63,991 nucleotides of DNA, filler included, from Reclinomonas americana ATCC 50394 (GCA_048213135.1; 19 parts of 19 records of this genome joined end to end with filler, not necessarily neighbours in it), one strand, 5' to 3'; positions 29,114-42,240 are shown, counted from the first letter of the whole stretch. Numbers and translations are program-made. The notes: generated by a model from the letters alone, not told the origin.

Positions 29114-30807
29114 TCAGATGCGGGTCATCCAAAACTCGTCCACCGTACTGCGCGTCTTCTCCTCGCGGAACTCGTAATGCAGAATGTCGGCGCTCTCGAA
29201 CGTCAGCCGACCGTACCCGTAGTGGATGCTGCGCGTTCAATGTTGTGCGTCAGCGAAGAATCACCCATCAGCAGTGCGCCGTTGGCATTGGACGCAACAG
29301 CCGCTCGCCACTCCACACCGGCTTGGCCTCCTTGAATTCCTCCGGGTAGAATGCACCACTGTTGCGGCTGTCAGTCACAAGGGAGACTCTCGCGCCAACA
29401 ACCAGCTCTCTATACTCACCCAGTGCCCTGGCACACGTGCACGGTGGCATTCGGTCGCGCGTAGATATTCATCGTCATATCGTACACTTCGACTTTGCCG
29501 TCGGCCACGGGATACTGCGCCAGCGAACCAGTGAGGGTCGTCCATACGCGCACGCTCACGTCAGGGAATGAACACAGACCGTACGCTCGTACACATGATG
29601 GTGGCCGACAATCATCAAGTCGACCTTGTGCTTGAGCAGCAGCGGTTCAATCACCTGCTGGATGTGCGAGCCGGGACCCGACTGGTCCGACTCGAAGTCA
29701 TCGGAGGTGTACATTGGACTGTCGCCGCAAGAGAGATCAGGGAAGCACTCGCTCTCATCCGCAATCGATAGACGCACCGATGAGTGGTGAGCACAATCCA
29801 CGGCCGCTGTGCCCGATTGGTGTTGGCCTTCGTAAGATCCGCGTCCAGCCACGCGTACTGTGTGTTACGCATAACACGTGAGCGGCGTGAGGTAACAATT
29901 GATCGCGCATGTATGCACACGCACCTGGGTGGAACCGGGATCATAGGAATGCTCGCTCGACATGGACACTGTGTGGGTGAAAGCACGTCGCTCAGATTAT
30001 CGTCCACATGCTGCGGAAGCACTACGCCCATAGAGCATCGTGTGCTCACCAAAGTGTGCTGGTCCACGGTCGAACGAGAACCAAAAGTTTCCTTCGCCAC
30101 CGCACTTGTCCGAGGGCATGGTGTAGCGGTTGCGGAATGCCGTGTAGTTGTAGTAGTGCTCTGCGTACATCAAGTCAGCGACCAACCACGATGTGCTCTC
30201 TGCGCACCAGCATGCGCCAGACCGTGATTGCCAACAGTGGTGGCAAATGGCACCACGGAGGCCAGCGGTTGCAGCTGATTGCCGTACAGGTCCCATACGT
30301 ACTCCAGCTCATCCGCTGCACACACAATGTGTGAGTAGATATCGCACAGGTGTTCATGGTGCACGCAAACAAGTACTCAACTGGATCCTGCAAAAAACAA
30401 ACACCACACTTTAGATGAGCGACTATTGTCGGAACAACAGACATGACGGACCACTGACGCACCAGTGCCAGCGTAACACAGATCGCCGACCACGTAGGCC
30501 AAGTCGAACGGCGCCTCCTTGTGATCCGCCACCATCTGGTCAGTAACGGCGTATCCACTGCGCGTGCACCCCTCGGGCGTGAGAAAGACAAACAGGAAAC
30601 ACAAGTGACAGAGACAAGACGAAACAGAGGAATCGCTGTGCCCTTGGTCGCCAAAGAGCGCCACTCGGCTCGGATAGCGAGTGACGGGGTCCGTCACGAA
30701 CTGCAGCTCCTCCGACCAGTCGTTGGAGGCCGGATCACCGACGCGATAGGCGTAGGTGACATTGGCCGACAAGGGCTCCACCCGCACACGATGAATGTGC
30801 CCGTGCC
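29114..30807 (-). CDS. Purple acid phosphatase (5' end missing; apparent 1-nt frameshift at ~30642)
   Basis: FN3 part plus metal motifs GDQG, GDLCY, GNHE, THRPMY and GHHHVYER; C-terminal YGYGRL...VDEFW. Confidence 0.92.
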
Positions 30808-30907
30808 NNNNNNNNNNNNNNNNNNNNNNNNNNNNNNNNNNNNNNNNNNNNTTAATTAATTAANNNNNNNNNNNNNNNNNNNNNNNNNNNNNNNNNNNNN
30901 NNNNNNN

Positions 30908-31920
30908 ACCCGCCACCAGCAGCGCCACACCAAAGGGTCGGCTCTGCACCGCACAGCGTGAGAAACACGAAACAAACAAGAAGGTGGCTGACAAACACAC
31001 GTATATGCACCAGTGCGGCATCGTCTTCCTTCTTCCCCTCGCCGAAACGCAACGCCAGGTCGCAAATCGACTGTGTGCACGACTCCACCAGCATGGGCTG
31101 ATCGTAGTTGAAGCGGTGATTCTGTGTCTCCACGCGCGCTCGTTCCACCATTGTTCGCGCGTCGGCCGTCAACCCGCTCATGGCACACCCAATGTGCTCG
31201 TCAATCTCCATCACCTTCTCAATCGACGACGGCTCCATCAGTGGTGAGGTCAGTCGCTTCTCCACTGCCAGCACCACACCCTCTGCTGTTTGAATGCCCA
31301 CTGCGGTCGAGCCCAGCTGCACAACAACAACTTGTGGGTGAGTGAGTGCGCTCTCTTTTTTTTCAACACAATGCGAGTGAGTGGACCTTGATGGCCTCGA
31401 TGGCGTACTCCACTTGGAACAGACGTCCCTCCGGGCTGAACGTGTTCACACCTGCGCGAGAGAGGGGGCGGCGTGTCTGTGAGAGCAAAGAACGAAATCC
31501 CACGCATGTTCGTTTTTCGCGCGCGCGCGCCCCCGTACCCCCGTGCATTCTCTCTCCTTCTCTGTCTGCCCATGTCTGCCTCACTGTCTCCCCCATTGTG
31601 CGCGTGTCAAGTCGCATGCTGCCACGAGCGCGCGGTCAAGCGAGCACACACGCACAGAGTGAGCGGGAAAGACAAGAGGGCAACAGTGGTGTTGCTCTTG
31701 ACCTCGCACACTGTGCTGGTGCCTCTGCCTCTGCCACCAGCACCACCGCCACTGCTCACTACTGTGTGATGATCATGCGATTCATCGTCACTCACCCCGA
31801 TCATAGCTATTCCTGAGCAGTCGGCCGCAGAAAAAGAGACACAAGTAGCAGCAGCACAGCGTTAGCGCAAAGAACAGGCACAGAAAGAGCAGAAGTAAGA
31901 CCGCACCCTGTGGAAAACAT
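30908..31920 (-). CDS. PSMA5: 20S proteasome subunit alpha type-5 (3' end missing)
   Basis: [40 protein letters not shown]...[16 protein letters not shown]...|[12 protein letters not shown]. Confidence 0.97.
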
Positions 31921-31985
31921 TGCGCACACACACAAACAATCGACGCTCGCTGCAGGACACCTGACGACGACTTGTCTTCCGGCAA

Positions 31986-34711
31986 ATGCACCGCGCAAAA
32001 CGTCTCCTCTCGCACCTCTGTTGCGTCCTCACTCTCGACACTCACATGCACACACACCACTCACAGTCATTTCACAGTGCTCTCGCGATCGGCGCAGCGC
32101 GTGCACGATCACCTCGTTGCACCGACGCTCTTTGTCGGTCCTTTTGCTTTCGAGGTGGTTCCGCGTGCAGGCAACGACGACGACGACGACGATGATGCAG
32201 CAGTGCCACCCTCGCATAGCAGCAATGACGATGATGCAGCGTTGCTGGAATTCGGACGTGATCTGACCGAGGAGGCGCGACAGGGACAGCTCGATCCCGT
32301 TGCGTACTCGCCTGAGCATGGAGTCGTGCATGCACCTCTATTGCTGAGCCTCGCGTACAGGTGGTTGGTCGCGAGGCCGAGGCGCGTGCAGTGATGGCCG
32401 TGCTCTCGCGTCGGAAGAAACGCAATCCGCTGCTGCTGGGCGATCCTGGTGTCGGCAAGACGGCGATTGTCGAGGCGCTGGCGCAGCTCATTGCCGGCGG
32501 TTGAGTGGGCGAGAGTGGAGTGTGTGTCTTTCTGCACGGGTTCTCACTGCTTTGTTGTGCAGGCGACTGCCATCCGTCGTTGCGCGGCGCTCGGATCATT
32601 GCGCTCGAGGTCGGTGCCGTGGTGGCCGGCACCAAGTATCGGCAAGTCTTGCAGCGATACATGCGCTCCACACTCACGCACTTTCTCACACACACACCGA
32701 CTGCAGGGGCGACTTTGAGGAGCGATTCCGTCGCCTGCTGGCCGTGCTGCAGCGTTCGCCGTCGCGCTACATTCTCTTTGTGGACGAGATCCACACTGTT
32801 CTCGGCACTGGTCAGACGGGAGAGCAGGGATTGGATGTGGCCAGCATGCTGAAGCCGGCGTTGGCGCGGTGCGTGAGCGGGAGCAGGCACGTGTTGACGC
32901 ACACAGTGAGACTGATTCTTTGGTGGTGCAGCGGCACGGTGTGTTGTATCGGGGCGACGACGCACGACGAGTACCGACGAATGCTGGCGCGCGACGGGGC
33001 ACTGGAGCGTCGTTTCACACCCATACAGGTGATGCCCCTCGATCGACTGCAGACCGTGCGGCTGCTGCGCAGCATGCGCGGCACGCTAGAGAAACATCAT
33101 GCCGGCGTGCTGCTCACCGACGCCGCGCTGGAAGCGGCTGTTGATCTGTGCGTGCAGCCTCACATGCACGCTGTACCTTGCACTGACTGACCGAGTGCCA
33201 CATGCAGAACGCAGCGACACGTTCGCGAGGTGTGTGTTTGTGAGCGGAGAAAAAACCGTGCCATGCGACTCACGTGCGAGCGCACAGCGGCATTTGCCCG
33301 ACAAGGCCATCGACGCCATTGACGAGGCGTGCGCCGAGTGTCAGCTGGATGCGTACGCACCCGTGGAAGTGGAGACGGCACGCAACACGCTGGCCTACAT
33401 TGCTGCTGAAGCCGAGCGCATCATGGTTGTGGAGTGTCGCCCCTCCCCTCACCCCACGACCAGGCCCATGTACCGACCCTCCTCGCCTGCACACCACAGG
33501 GAATAGATCCACTGCGTGCGGCCAAGCTGCGGTCCATGGCCGACGAGTTGCGAGCTGTCATCGATGATGCCATCGACGCGCCGCGACCACCACCTGCAAC
33601 TGCTATCGCCATTGTCGGTCGTGAACAAGTCGCCGCCGTGGTGGCTCGCTGGACCAAGGTGCCGCTCGAACGGTGCGCAGCAAGCGCTGCTCACATCAAA
33701 GCATCAGTGCAACACACTCACCTATCCCTTTCTTTCTGTGCGTGCAGGCTCACCGAGGACGACGCCCACAAGCTGCTGCATTTGGAGGAACGCCTGCGCC
33801 GCATCGTCATCGGGCAAGACGATGCCATTGGCGTGCTGTGCGACGCTATTCAGCGAGCGCGCGCGGGCGTGGTGCCAGCGTCGTCGCGGAGGCCCGTCGG
33901 CGCGTTCCTGTTGGCCGGTCCCAGTGGCGTGGGCAAATCGCTGACGGCCCGCGCTCTCGCCGAGTGTCTCTTCGACTCGCGCGAAGCTCTGCTGCGCATC
34001 GACATGAGCGAGTACTCTGAACGACACACCATCTCGCGACTCATCGGCTCGCCACCCGGCTACATTGGCTACTCCGACACCTCGCAGCTGTGCGACTGGG
34101 TCCTCAAGAGACCACACTCGGTGGTGCTGTTCGACGAGGTCGAGAAGGCGCACCAGGACATCTACAACCTCTTTCTGCAGATGCTGGAGGAGGGCGAGGT
34201 GACAGACGGCCGCGGCCGCCGCGTCTCCTTCTCCTCCTGCGTGATTCTGCTGACCACCAACATCGGCTCCGGCATCTTCCGCGACGCCGCAGCGCAGCGC
34301 GAACACACCCTGCCCGACGCCGCAAAGCAGCAGGTGCACGACGCGCTGCAGGCGGCCTTCCGACCCGAGCTGCTCAATCGCCTCGACGCCGTCCTCCTCT
34401 ACCACCCGCTCACGCCACAACACCTCGGCGAGGTATTCGACGCACAACTCGACGACCTCGCCCGCGCCCTGTGGAGCCGCCAGCGCATCCACCTCACCGT
34501 CACCGACACCATGCGTGCTCACGTACTCGCACAAGCGCACGACGACGCCCGCGCCATTCGCCGCGCCCTTCAACAATGCATCAGCAATCCCGTGGCCACT
34601 GCGCTCCTGCGTGGCAGCCTCCACCCCAACGATCACATCACAGTCGACCATCGCGCAGGCGAGCAGGGAGCAGCAGTGCTCGTGCGCTCCACAGCACCAG
34701 CAGTCACTTGA
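31986..34711 (+). CDS. Hsp100 ClpB/Hsp78-like AAA+ chaperone, likely mitochondrial
   Basis: Presequence-like [22 protein letters not shown]1 [34 protein letters not shown]2 [33 protein letters not shown]. Confidence 0.93.
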
Positions 34712-35036
34712 AATGCATGACCTCGTTCAGCTCTCGCAACGCCACAATCTGCTCTCGCCCGCGCTCTGCTCGTGCCAGCAAGCCAGGGATCAGCGCATCA
34801 GCAAGCGCCGGTGACATCTGAGTCTCGATTGTGTGAGGAAGACAGAGAGAGAGAGAGAGAGCACAGAGAGAGAGAGAACACACATGCATGTTCTGGCGGA
34901 ACTCGTCGCGCACTGCGGCTTGGACTTGCACGCGTTGAGCGGCATCGGGGAAGCGTGATGCCTCGCGCATGCATGTGCGGAACGCACTCAGCACCTCTTG
35001 CCGGAACACAAAGAGAGAGGCCGCAGCTGTTGCCAT
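34704..35036 (-). CDS. LYR-motif (Complex1_LYR-like) small protein
   Basis: RQEVLSAFRTCMREASRFPD...VRDEFRQN pattern; one in-frame (CT)n intron. Confidence 0.75.
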   Translation of the reverse strand: MATAAASLFVFRQEVLSAFRTCMREASRFPDAAQRVQVQAAVRDEFRQNMHVCSLSLCALSLSLCLPHTIETQMSPALADALIPGLLARAERGREQIVALRELNEVMHFK

Positions 35037-35115
35037 TCACACTGACGAAAGTGGGAGACGGAGAAGTGGGTCCCAGTGTCCTCCGTCTCTCATTCGCCCC
35101 TTTTCAGTCGTCGCC

Positions 35116-35604
35116 ATGAGCAAGGTCCACCCGCCGGAGTTGAAGCAAGTTACGTGTGTGTTGCTTACGTGTGCATGCGCTTCCTTGTGTTGCGCGCGAG
35201 CGTTTCTCTGTTTGTTTGCTGACATGTTCCATCTGCAACTTTCCCCTTTACCCTCGCCCAGTACCTTGACAAGCATGTGTATGGTGCGCGCACGAGCAAC
35301 AAGAGAGAGTGTGTGTGTCTCATCTTGGCTCTGACTTCTCTCTCTGTGTGCGTGTGTGCAGTCAAGATGAATGGCAATCGACAAGTGGCGGGCATTCTGC
35401 GTGGCTTTGACCAGTTCATGAACATTGTGCTGGACGAGTGCACAGACGAGGCGGCACCAGAGCGCAAGTCGTTGGGCATGGTGGTGCGTGTTGATAATTT
35501 CATGATTGTCGACCTTACTACTGCTTGTGATTGACATTGCGTGTGTGCAGGTGGTGCGTGGCAACAGCATTCACATGTTGGAGGCGAGGGAAAGAACGGA
35601 CTGA
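35116..35604 (+). CDS. SNRPG: Small nuclear ribonucleoprotein Sm G
   Basis: MSKVHPPELKQ|YLDKHVY|VKMNGNRQVAGILRGFDQFMNIVLDEC...GMV|VVRGNSIHMLEA. Confidence 0.96.
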
Positions 35605-35681
35605 GAGACGACAAAAAATGTGGGAGTAGCAGTGGGCGCGAGACAGGAATGCATGTGCTGCTGCTACATACACTATCGTTG

Positions 35682-38333
35682 TTATGATGGAGTCCAGGTT
35701 TCGTAGCGCTGCAGCATCTCGGTGGAGACGCTGCGTGTGCATCGCGAGAGTGCTGCGTGCACGGTGTCGTCGGTGATGGTGGAGGTGGCGTGGGAGGTGA
35801 TCTCGCGACACAGTTGCACGAGATCGGCACCCGTGTAGCCGTCGGTGCGCTCGGCTGTGGAGTCGAGCAGCTCGTCGCTGTGTCACATTATTCAGTCCAC
35901 TGTGTGCGTGCGTGTGTCGAGGAGTGTGGAAGTGAGTGCGCAACTGCATATCGGGTAGGTGCGTTTGCAGGAGCGCACGCCGTGCCTGTTGATCGGGTGG
36001 CGGCACGTACACGAGCCTCTCGAAACGACCTGCGACGAGCGTTAGAGCACGCAGGGAGCACTGTTGTTGGGCGCACAGGAGAATGCACCTGGTCGCAACA
36101 GAGCAGAGTCAATGGCTTCGGGCCAGTTGGTCGCCGCCATGACGATCACGGCATCGTCGGGCTCCAGCGCATCCAGCTCCACCAGCAGCTGCGCAATCAT
36201 CTGGCAAAGGCGGAAAACACAGTGACTCACCAGCAGCAAACCACACAACTGTGCACAACACTGCACCTTTTGTTCGCCACTTCCACCGCTGGCCGAGTCG
36301 CGCGACCCAAAGATCGCTTGCACCTCGTCAAAGAAGAGCACACATGGAGCCGCCTGCCGCGCCCGCCGAAACAGCGACGCAATGCGCTTCTCCGAGGCAC
36401 CAATCTGCGCAAGCCCGGCTGTTCAGATCAACTCTGCACTTAAAACCACCCGCATGTACGTACGCACGCACGCACCACACCCTGCACCATGTCCGGGATG
36501 GACAGGCTGAGAAAGGCAGCCGAGGCCTCGGTGCACACGGCCTTGGCCAGCAACGTCTTGCCGGTGCCCGGTGGTCCGTACCTGGAACGACGGGGTCGGC
36601 ACACACAAAAAGCAGGTGTTGCAAGCAAGCGAGACAAGAGCGCAACAGCAAAACCCCGCGAGGAGGCGAGAAGCCGACGGCGCGCAAGGCATCTCGATGA
36701 GAAATCGGCCACACGACGGACTCGCGCAGAACCTGCTTCACCGATTCGAGACCTGCGACGTGCGACCACGGCACATTCGGCACTGCTCGATCCACCTCGT
36801 CATCGTTGCCGTCCCCACCACGCAACAGCGACGGTTGCGAGCGTCGCAGTGCGTCGGCCACTGTCATCGTACCGCCGCTCATCACCATCAGTGAGCACAG
36901 TCGGAGCAGATCGGCGGGCGTGCGTCCCGCAGCACGCTCCACCAGCATTTCTTCATCGGCAGTCGACACTACCGATACCTCTCCTGCTCCGCCATGCTGC
37001 GCGAGCCAGGTGTGCAAGAGGCGTCGACGCACGGAGATGCTGACGGCCTGCTGCCCCAAGTCCACCACCTGACGCAACGCAGCGGCCAGCGAGCGAGGCA
37101 CTCGCTCAGGCGATTGTGCACACGCCACCACAGTCAGCCCGGCCACCGATACAGCCGCCTGTACCACCGCCGTCAACTCGGCCACTATCGAGTCATCGGC
37201 ATCGTCGCCATCGGTCCACAACGCGTCCACATGATCGAGCACCAACACCGCCGGCAGCTGGCGGTGAGCGGCATGCAGATACCGCCGCAACTGCGACGAT
37301 CCGTCCCCACGCAAACCGGCCACATCGGCCCCACTGACAGTGACCACACTCAGTCCAAGCTGCGCACAGCACGCATGCACACTCCAAGTCTTCCCAACAC
37401 CCGACGGCCCCACCACCAGCACGCCAGCACTCCGACCAGTCTCCGCCGCCTCTTCACCAGTGAGCGGCCACACGCACTGCTCCGTCAGCAACACTTTCAG
37501 GTGCTGCTGTGCGGGCGACCATTCATCGGTTCTCGGAAGCGACAAGTCAGGCACGGCGGCCACCGACGCACATCGCACCACCACCAGCGTGCTCGAGTCC
37601 ACAGTGCCCCACTGCCCCTCGCCCGCACCACCGCGCAGCATCTCCAACCACGATGCGCCACACTCAACCTGCAGTTCCATCGAGTCACCATCATCGTCGT
37701 CGACAAGACACAGTCTCTCGCCAGCCCTTCCCCACAGTCGGCGCGCACACAGCTCGTCCTTGGCCCCTGCTCACAATGAGCACATATATACACACATACG
37801 CACACGCACGAGCATGTACAGTCACGCACACAAGGCCAACCACTGCACCCGCTCCGGCGTCAGCGGCCACCGCGGATCGCCGACCGCCAGTCGCACCACA
37901 CTCCACGGCCGCGCCTCACACACCAGCGTCACTCGCGTCTGCCTCTCCCCAATGAGCAGCACGTCAGACAACACAAGAAAAAGCAACAAGACAGCACCTG
38001 CGCGCCAGGCACTCGACCACCCATCGCCTGCCACACCGCCGGCGTCACACACACATCCACATCGCGCTCTCGCGGCACCTCCAGAAACTCCTGCACTCTC
38101 ATCAGCATTTCCTCACCTTCCCTGCCACTCTCTCACACACGCACCTTACACTCCACCGCATCAACCGCAACCACACGACACACCACCGACTCAAACACCG
38201 CCCACTGTGCACACACAGTCTCCGAGGACAGCACGACACACACTCGCACATCGCCATCGCCTCCATAGAACGCGCGTCCACGAGGCGACAGTGCACAGGG
38301 AGCAACACGCACATCCAACACCTCTCCGCTCAT
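35682..38333 (-). CDS. Double-ring CDC48-family AAA ATPase (SPATA5L1/AFG2-like)
   Basis: D1 GPSGVGKT with degenerate Walker B (VLDHVD); D2 [46 protein letters not shown]. Confidence 0.88.
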
Positions 38334-38412
38334 GCTGACGAACACAGTGAGAGAGACGAGAAGAACGAACGCGCGCGGAAAATTCCAGTCACACTCTCAC
38401 TCTTCTTTTGCA

Positions 38413-38829
38413 ATGTTTGCGGCGCTGTTGTATGTGTCGCTGATCCTTGCTGCGGTGCTTCTTGTGTCGTGGCTTGTCGTGCGTCACGTGCACATGCGAC
38501 AGCTGGCGGCACAGGCGCCGGAGTTGAACCGTCGCGCGGCTGCTGAGCTCGGAGTCAAGCAAGTGTTCTTTGTTGCGTTTCTGTCTCTCTCTCTCTTTGT
38601 GTGTGCGTGTGTGTGACGTCNNNNNNNNNNNNNNNNNNNNNNNNNNNNNNNNNNNNNNNNNNNNTTAATTAATTAANNNNNNNNNNNNNNNNNNNNNNNN
38701 NNNNNNNNNNNNNNNNNNNNTATGTGCACACGCAGACACTGCCGAACTCGCCCTTCCGCTTCCATGGTGTGGTCGCTGGACCAGAGAACGGGCAGCTGAT
38801 GCTCATGCTGCACGGCTTCCCTGAATGTT

Positions 38830-38882
<53 letters not shown>

Positions 38883-40249
38883 CACACACACGCACGCACG
38901 CATTCTTCTCTCATTCCCCATGTCGTGTCTTTGGCAGGCTGGGTGTCGTATGCCAAGCTGATTCCGGGCTATGTGGCCAAGGGCTTCCGCGTGGTGGTGC
39001 CGGATATGCGCGGCTACAACTTGTCTGACAAGCCGCCGAAGCTGGAGGATGTGTCGGTGGTGGAGCTCGTCGAGGACGTCAAGGAGATGATTGCCAAGTT
39101 CAACAAGTGCCCCGACCTCAAGCCGGTGCTGGTGGCGCATGACTGGGTGCGCAGCCTTCTTTTGAAAACCCCCTGTCGTCGTTGCTCATTGTACAGTGTG
39201 GTCTCTCAGGGAGGCGCCGTGGCCTGGTTCTTTGCCATGAAGGTTTTGTGGGGTCAGTAGCCTTCCTTGTGGCGGACCCGCGACTCATGTTTGTGTTGCT
39301 GCTGCAGTACCCAGACCTGATCTCGTCGCTGATCATCATGAACTCGCCGCACCCGCAAGCCTTCAAGCGTGAGCTCAAGTCGAACCCGCGGCAGAAGAAG
39401 ATGAGCTGGTACATTGCCTTTTTCTGGTTCCCGGTGCGTTGTCTCCCGACCTCGTCCTTTTTCTCCTTCTGCCTCCGTCTGCTGATCACCGCGATAGATT
39501 TTGCCGGAGCTGTACTTTATGCGCTCGCCTCGCAACTCGATTATCGATCTCTTCAAGCGCACCAGTCGCAAGGAGGGCTTCACCGACATGCAGCTGGAGG
39601 TGCTGCGCGCGGCCGCGTGCATGCCCGGTGCCATTACGTGCACCATCAACTGGTGAGCACCACAAAAAAACAAAGGTCGCCTCGCTCGCTTCCTTTCACT
39701 TGTGGACTGACGCCCTCCTCGTCGACCAGGTACCGCGCCATGATGAAGCTCGGCCGCCGGCACTCGATCGAGTTCGCCAAGATCGACACTCCCACTCTGC
39801 TTCTCTGTGCGTCGCCAGCCTCCGTGCCATGCCGATGATGAAATTCGTGTTGCTCATGTCGATGCACAGGGGGCGACCGCGACATGGCGTTGCACAACGA
39901 CAACACCAAGGGCCTCGATCCGTGGGTGCGTTGCCTGCGTGTCTGTTGCCAAAGAGGATGTGAGCATGCTAACAGTGCGCGTGCAGGTCTCGAAGCTGAA
40001 GGTCGTCATGTTGCCGGGATGCAGCCGTTGCGTGCGCCCTCCCTTTCTCACCCCTGAGCTGCAATCGTCATCTTACCATCTTCTCTCCCGCCCGTCGCTG
40101 CTCACAGACTGGACGATGAACGACGTGCGTGCTCGCCGAATCGATATCCCGTACTCCTGTATGACAGAAACTGACTCACGTGGCCACAGGATCCCGCCGC
40201 GTGCGAGGCCGAGATCACCAAGTTTGTCACGATCATCAACGCAGGCTGA
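38413..40249 (+). CDS. Epoxide hydrolase-like alpha/beta hydrolase with N-terminal TM helix (spans gap)
   Basis: HGFPECW, DMRGYNLSDKP, AHDWGG, PTLLLWGDRD, and GCSHW (His codon completed by a 17-nt exon). Confidence 0.92.
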
Positions 40250-40548
40250 GCAATCCAAGCGCGAAGGAGCAATGCGTGCGCGTCACTGTGGCGACACACG
40301 TTCGCAACGAGTGAACGATCTGAAGGAAAAATCAATAGCGCGTCCTGTCCTCCTCATCAATCCCCACACAAAGCCGCACGACGCACTGCACACGCCGCGT
40401 CGTTGTGCCCACCTCCTCCTCCTCTCTCCCTCTTTCTCTCCCACCGTTCATTCCATCTCTCGGGCGCACGCTGTCAGTGACACGCACACACACGCAACAC
40501 ACGCGGCACACACACACACACTCGCACACACGCACGCACACAACTGAC

Positions 40549-42140
40549 ATGACGGAGCTGTGGGCGGCATCGTCGCTGGACTCCGCGGCCGCCGACATGG
40601 TGCCAGAGTCCGCCTCCGCAGCAGACACACCCCTCGCCTCCTCCTCTCCCACTCCACTGGTGACAGTTGTGGCGGCCGACGATGTCGACCTAGATGCGGA
40701 TGCCGACTTTGCGAGTCTACTGCCCCCTCCACTGCTGTTGCATCGACGCCAACAGCAACAACAACAGCAACATCAAGCAGTGCGTGAGACGAGCTCGGCA
40801 CCGGGAATGCGCAGTCGACAGTGGCGAGAGCGGGCGCGCTCGGCGAGCTCGTTCAGCTCCACGCACTCGGGCGCCTCGTCGTCCTCCAGAGGCTCCTCCT
40901 CGACAGAGGGCATTGAGCTGGAACCGTTGACGGTCGATGCGGGACTCGAGCGCCTCATTCGCAGCGAGTTCTTTGATCCCTGGCTGGCGGTGGTGTACTT
41001 TCAAAGGTCTGCTGTTGTAAGGCACTGCTCTTGCTGCTGCTTCTGCCTTGGTTCTTATGCACCTCTCTGCGTGTGTGCGTATAGATATGCCACCAAGCCG
41101 GCGGTGCTGTCGCGGCTGGTGCGCGAGTTGAGCGACTTTGAGGATGAGGACATTGAGTTTTTCTTGCCGCAGATTTGGTTGCGTATCTGCTGTTGTTGCT
41201 GGTTTCTGTTGCGTGCTGCTTGCGTGCTCACTGTGCGCGCATCGACAGCAATCTGTACCTGCATGCGTCGATGCACGAGGAGTACCTGGAGCGCTTCCTG
41301 CTCGACAAGTGTGCGCACTCGGTTCACTTTGCGCTAAAGTTGTACTGCCTGTTTCATTCGTGGAGTCACGTGAGCACGGATCCTTCGTTCCAGAAGCGGT
41401 GCGCATGCTCGTGAGGGATCTATCTCCTTCTCGGTGCACTCACCACGATGCATTGCAGACGAGAGCGGATGATGGAGCGCATTGAGCGTGCGCTCGTCAA
41501 TCGTGACATTGTCAGCAGTAATATGCTGATGTGCTCGCCACCGGGGCTCGATGGTGACGACCCCGAGGCCGCCGAGTTGCTCGACGAAGTCATTCACCAT
41601 CTGAACGAGGGAGTGGTGCGTGTATGAGCTGTGCTTGTCACCACCGGTGCGGGCGACTCACTTCCTTCCATTACCACACACAGATTTCCGTGGCAAGTGA
41701 TCGGTCACTGAATGCCGAAGCGGAGCGCGTGCTGCAGAGCCTCGACGGAGGAGCATCGCCGCGGATGGGCGGTCAGCGCCTGAGTGTAGACATGGTCGAG
41801 TCGCCGCCGCACATGCATCGGAGTGCCAGCGCCGACGAGTCGTTGGAGCGGGCCACAGCGGGGCATCTCTCGCCGCCACCGGTGGGCGGCGGTGTTCCAC
41901 GCTCGCTCAGCTTTGAGGAGTGCACGCACGCCGGCGCCACAGGGCTGGCCGGCGACTACGATGACGGTATGCACGGCGGAGCGCGGGCCGGCTTGCGCCA
42001 TGCCGTCTCGCTGCCGCCAGCATCCGTTGGCACGCCGGATGCGCGCACGCCAGCAGTGGGCGGGGGCACCGACTTTAATCTGGCACGCACGGTGCGCAGG
42101 AAACGATCAAGCGAAGAGGCGGCGGCGGCGGCAGCAGCAG
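40549..42140 (+). CDS. Phosphatidylinositol 4-kinase beta-like, N-terminal PIK-helical part (kinase domain not in window)
   Basis: RLIRSEFFDPWLAVVY...IEFFLPQIC...LERFLLDKCAHSVHFALK. Confidence 0.8.
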
Positions 42141-42240
42141 NNNNNNNNNNNNNNNNNNNNNNNNNNNNNNNNNNNNNNNNNNNNTTAATTAATTAANNNN
42201 NNNNNNNNNNNNNNNNNNNNNNNNNNNNNNNNNNNNNNNN

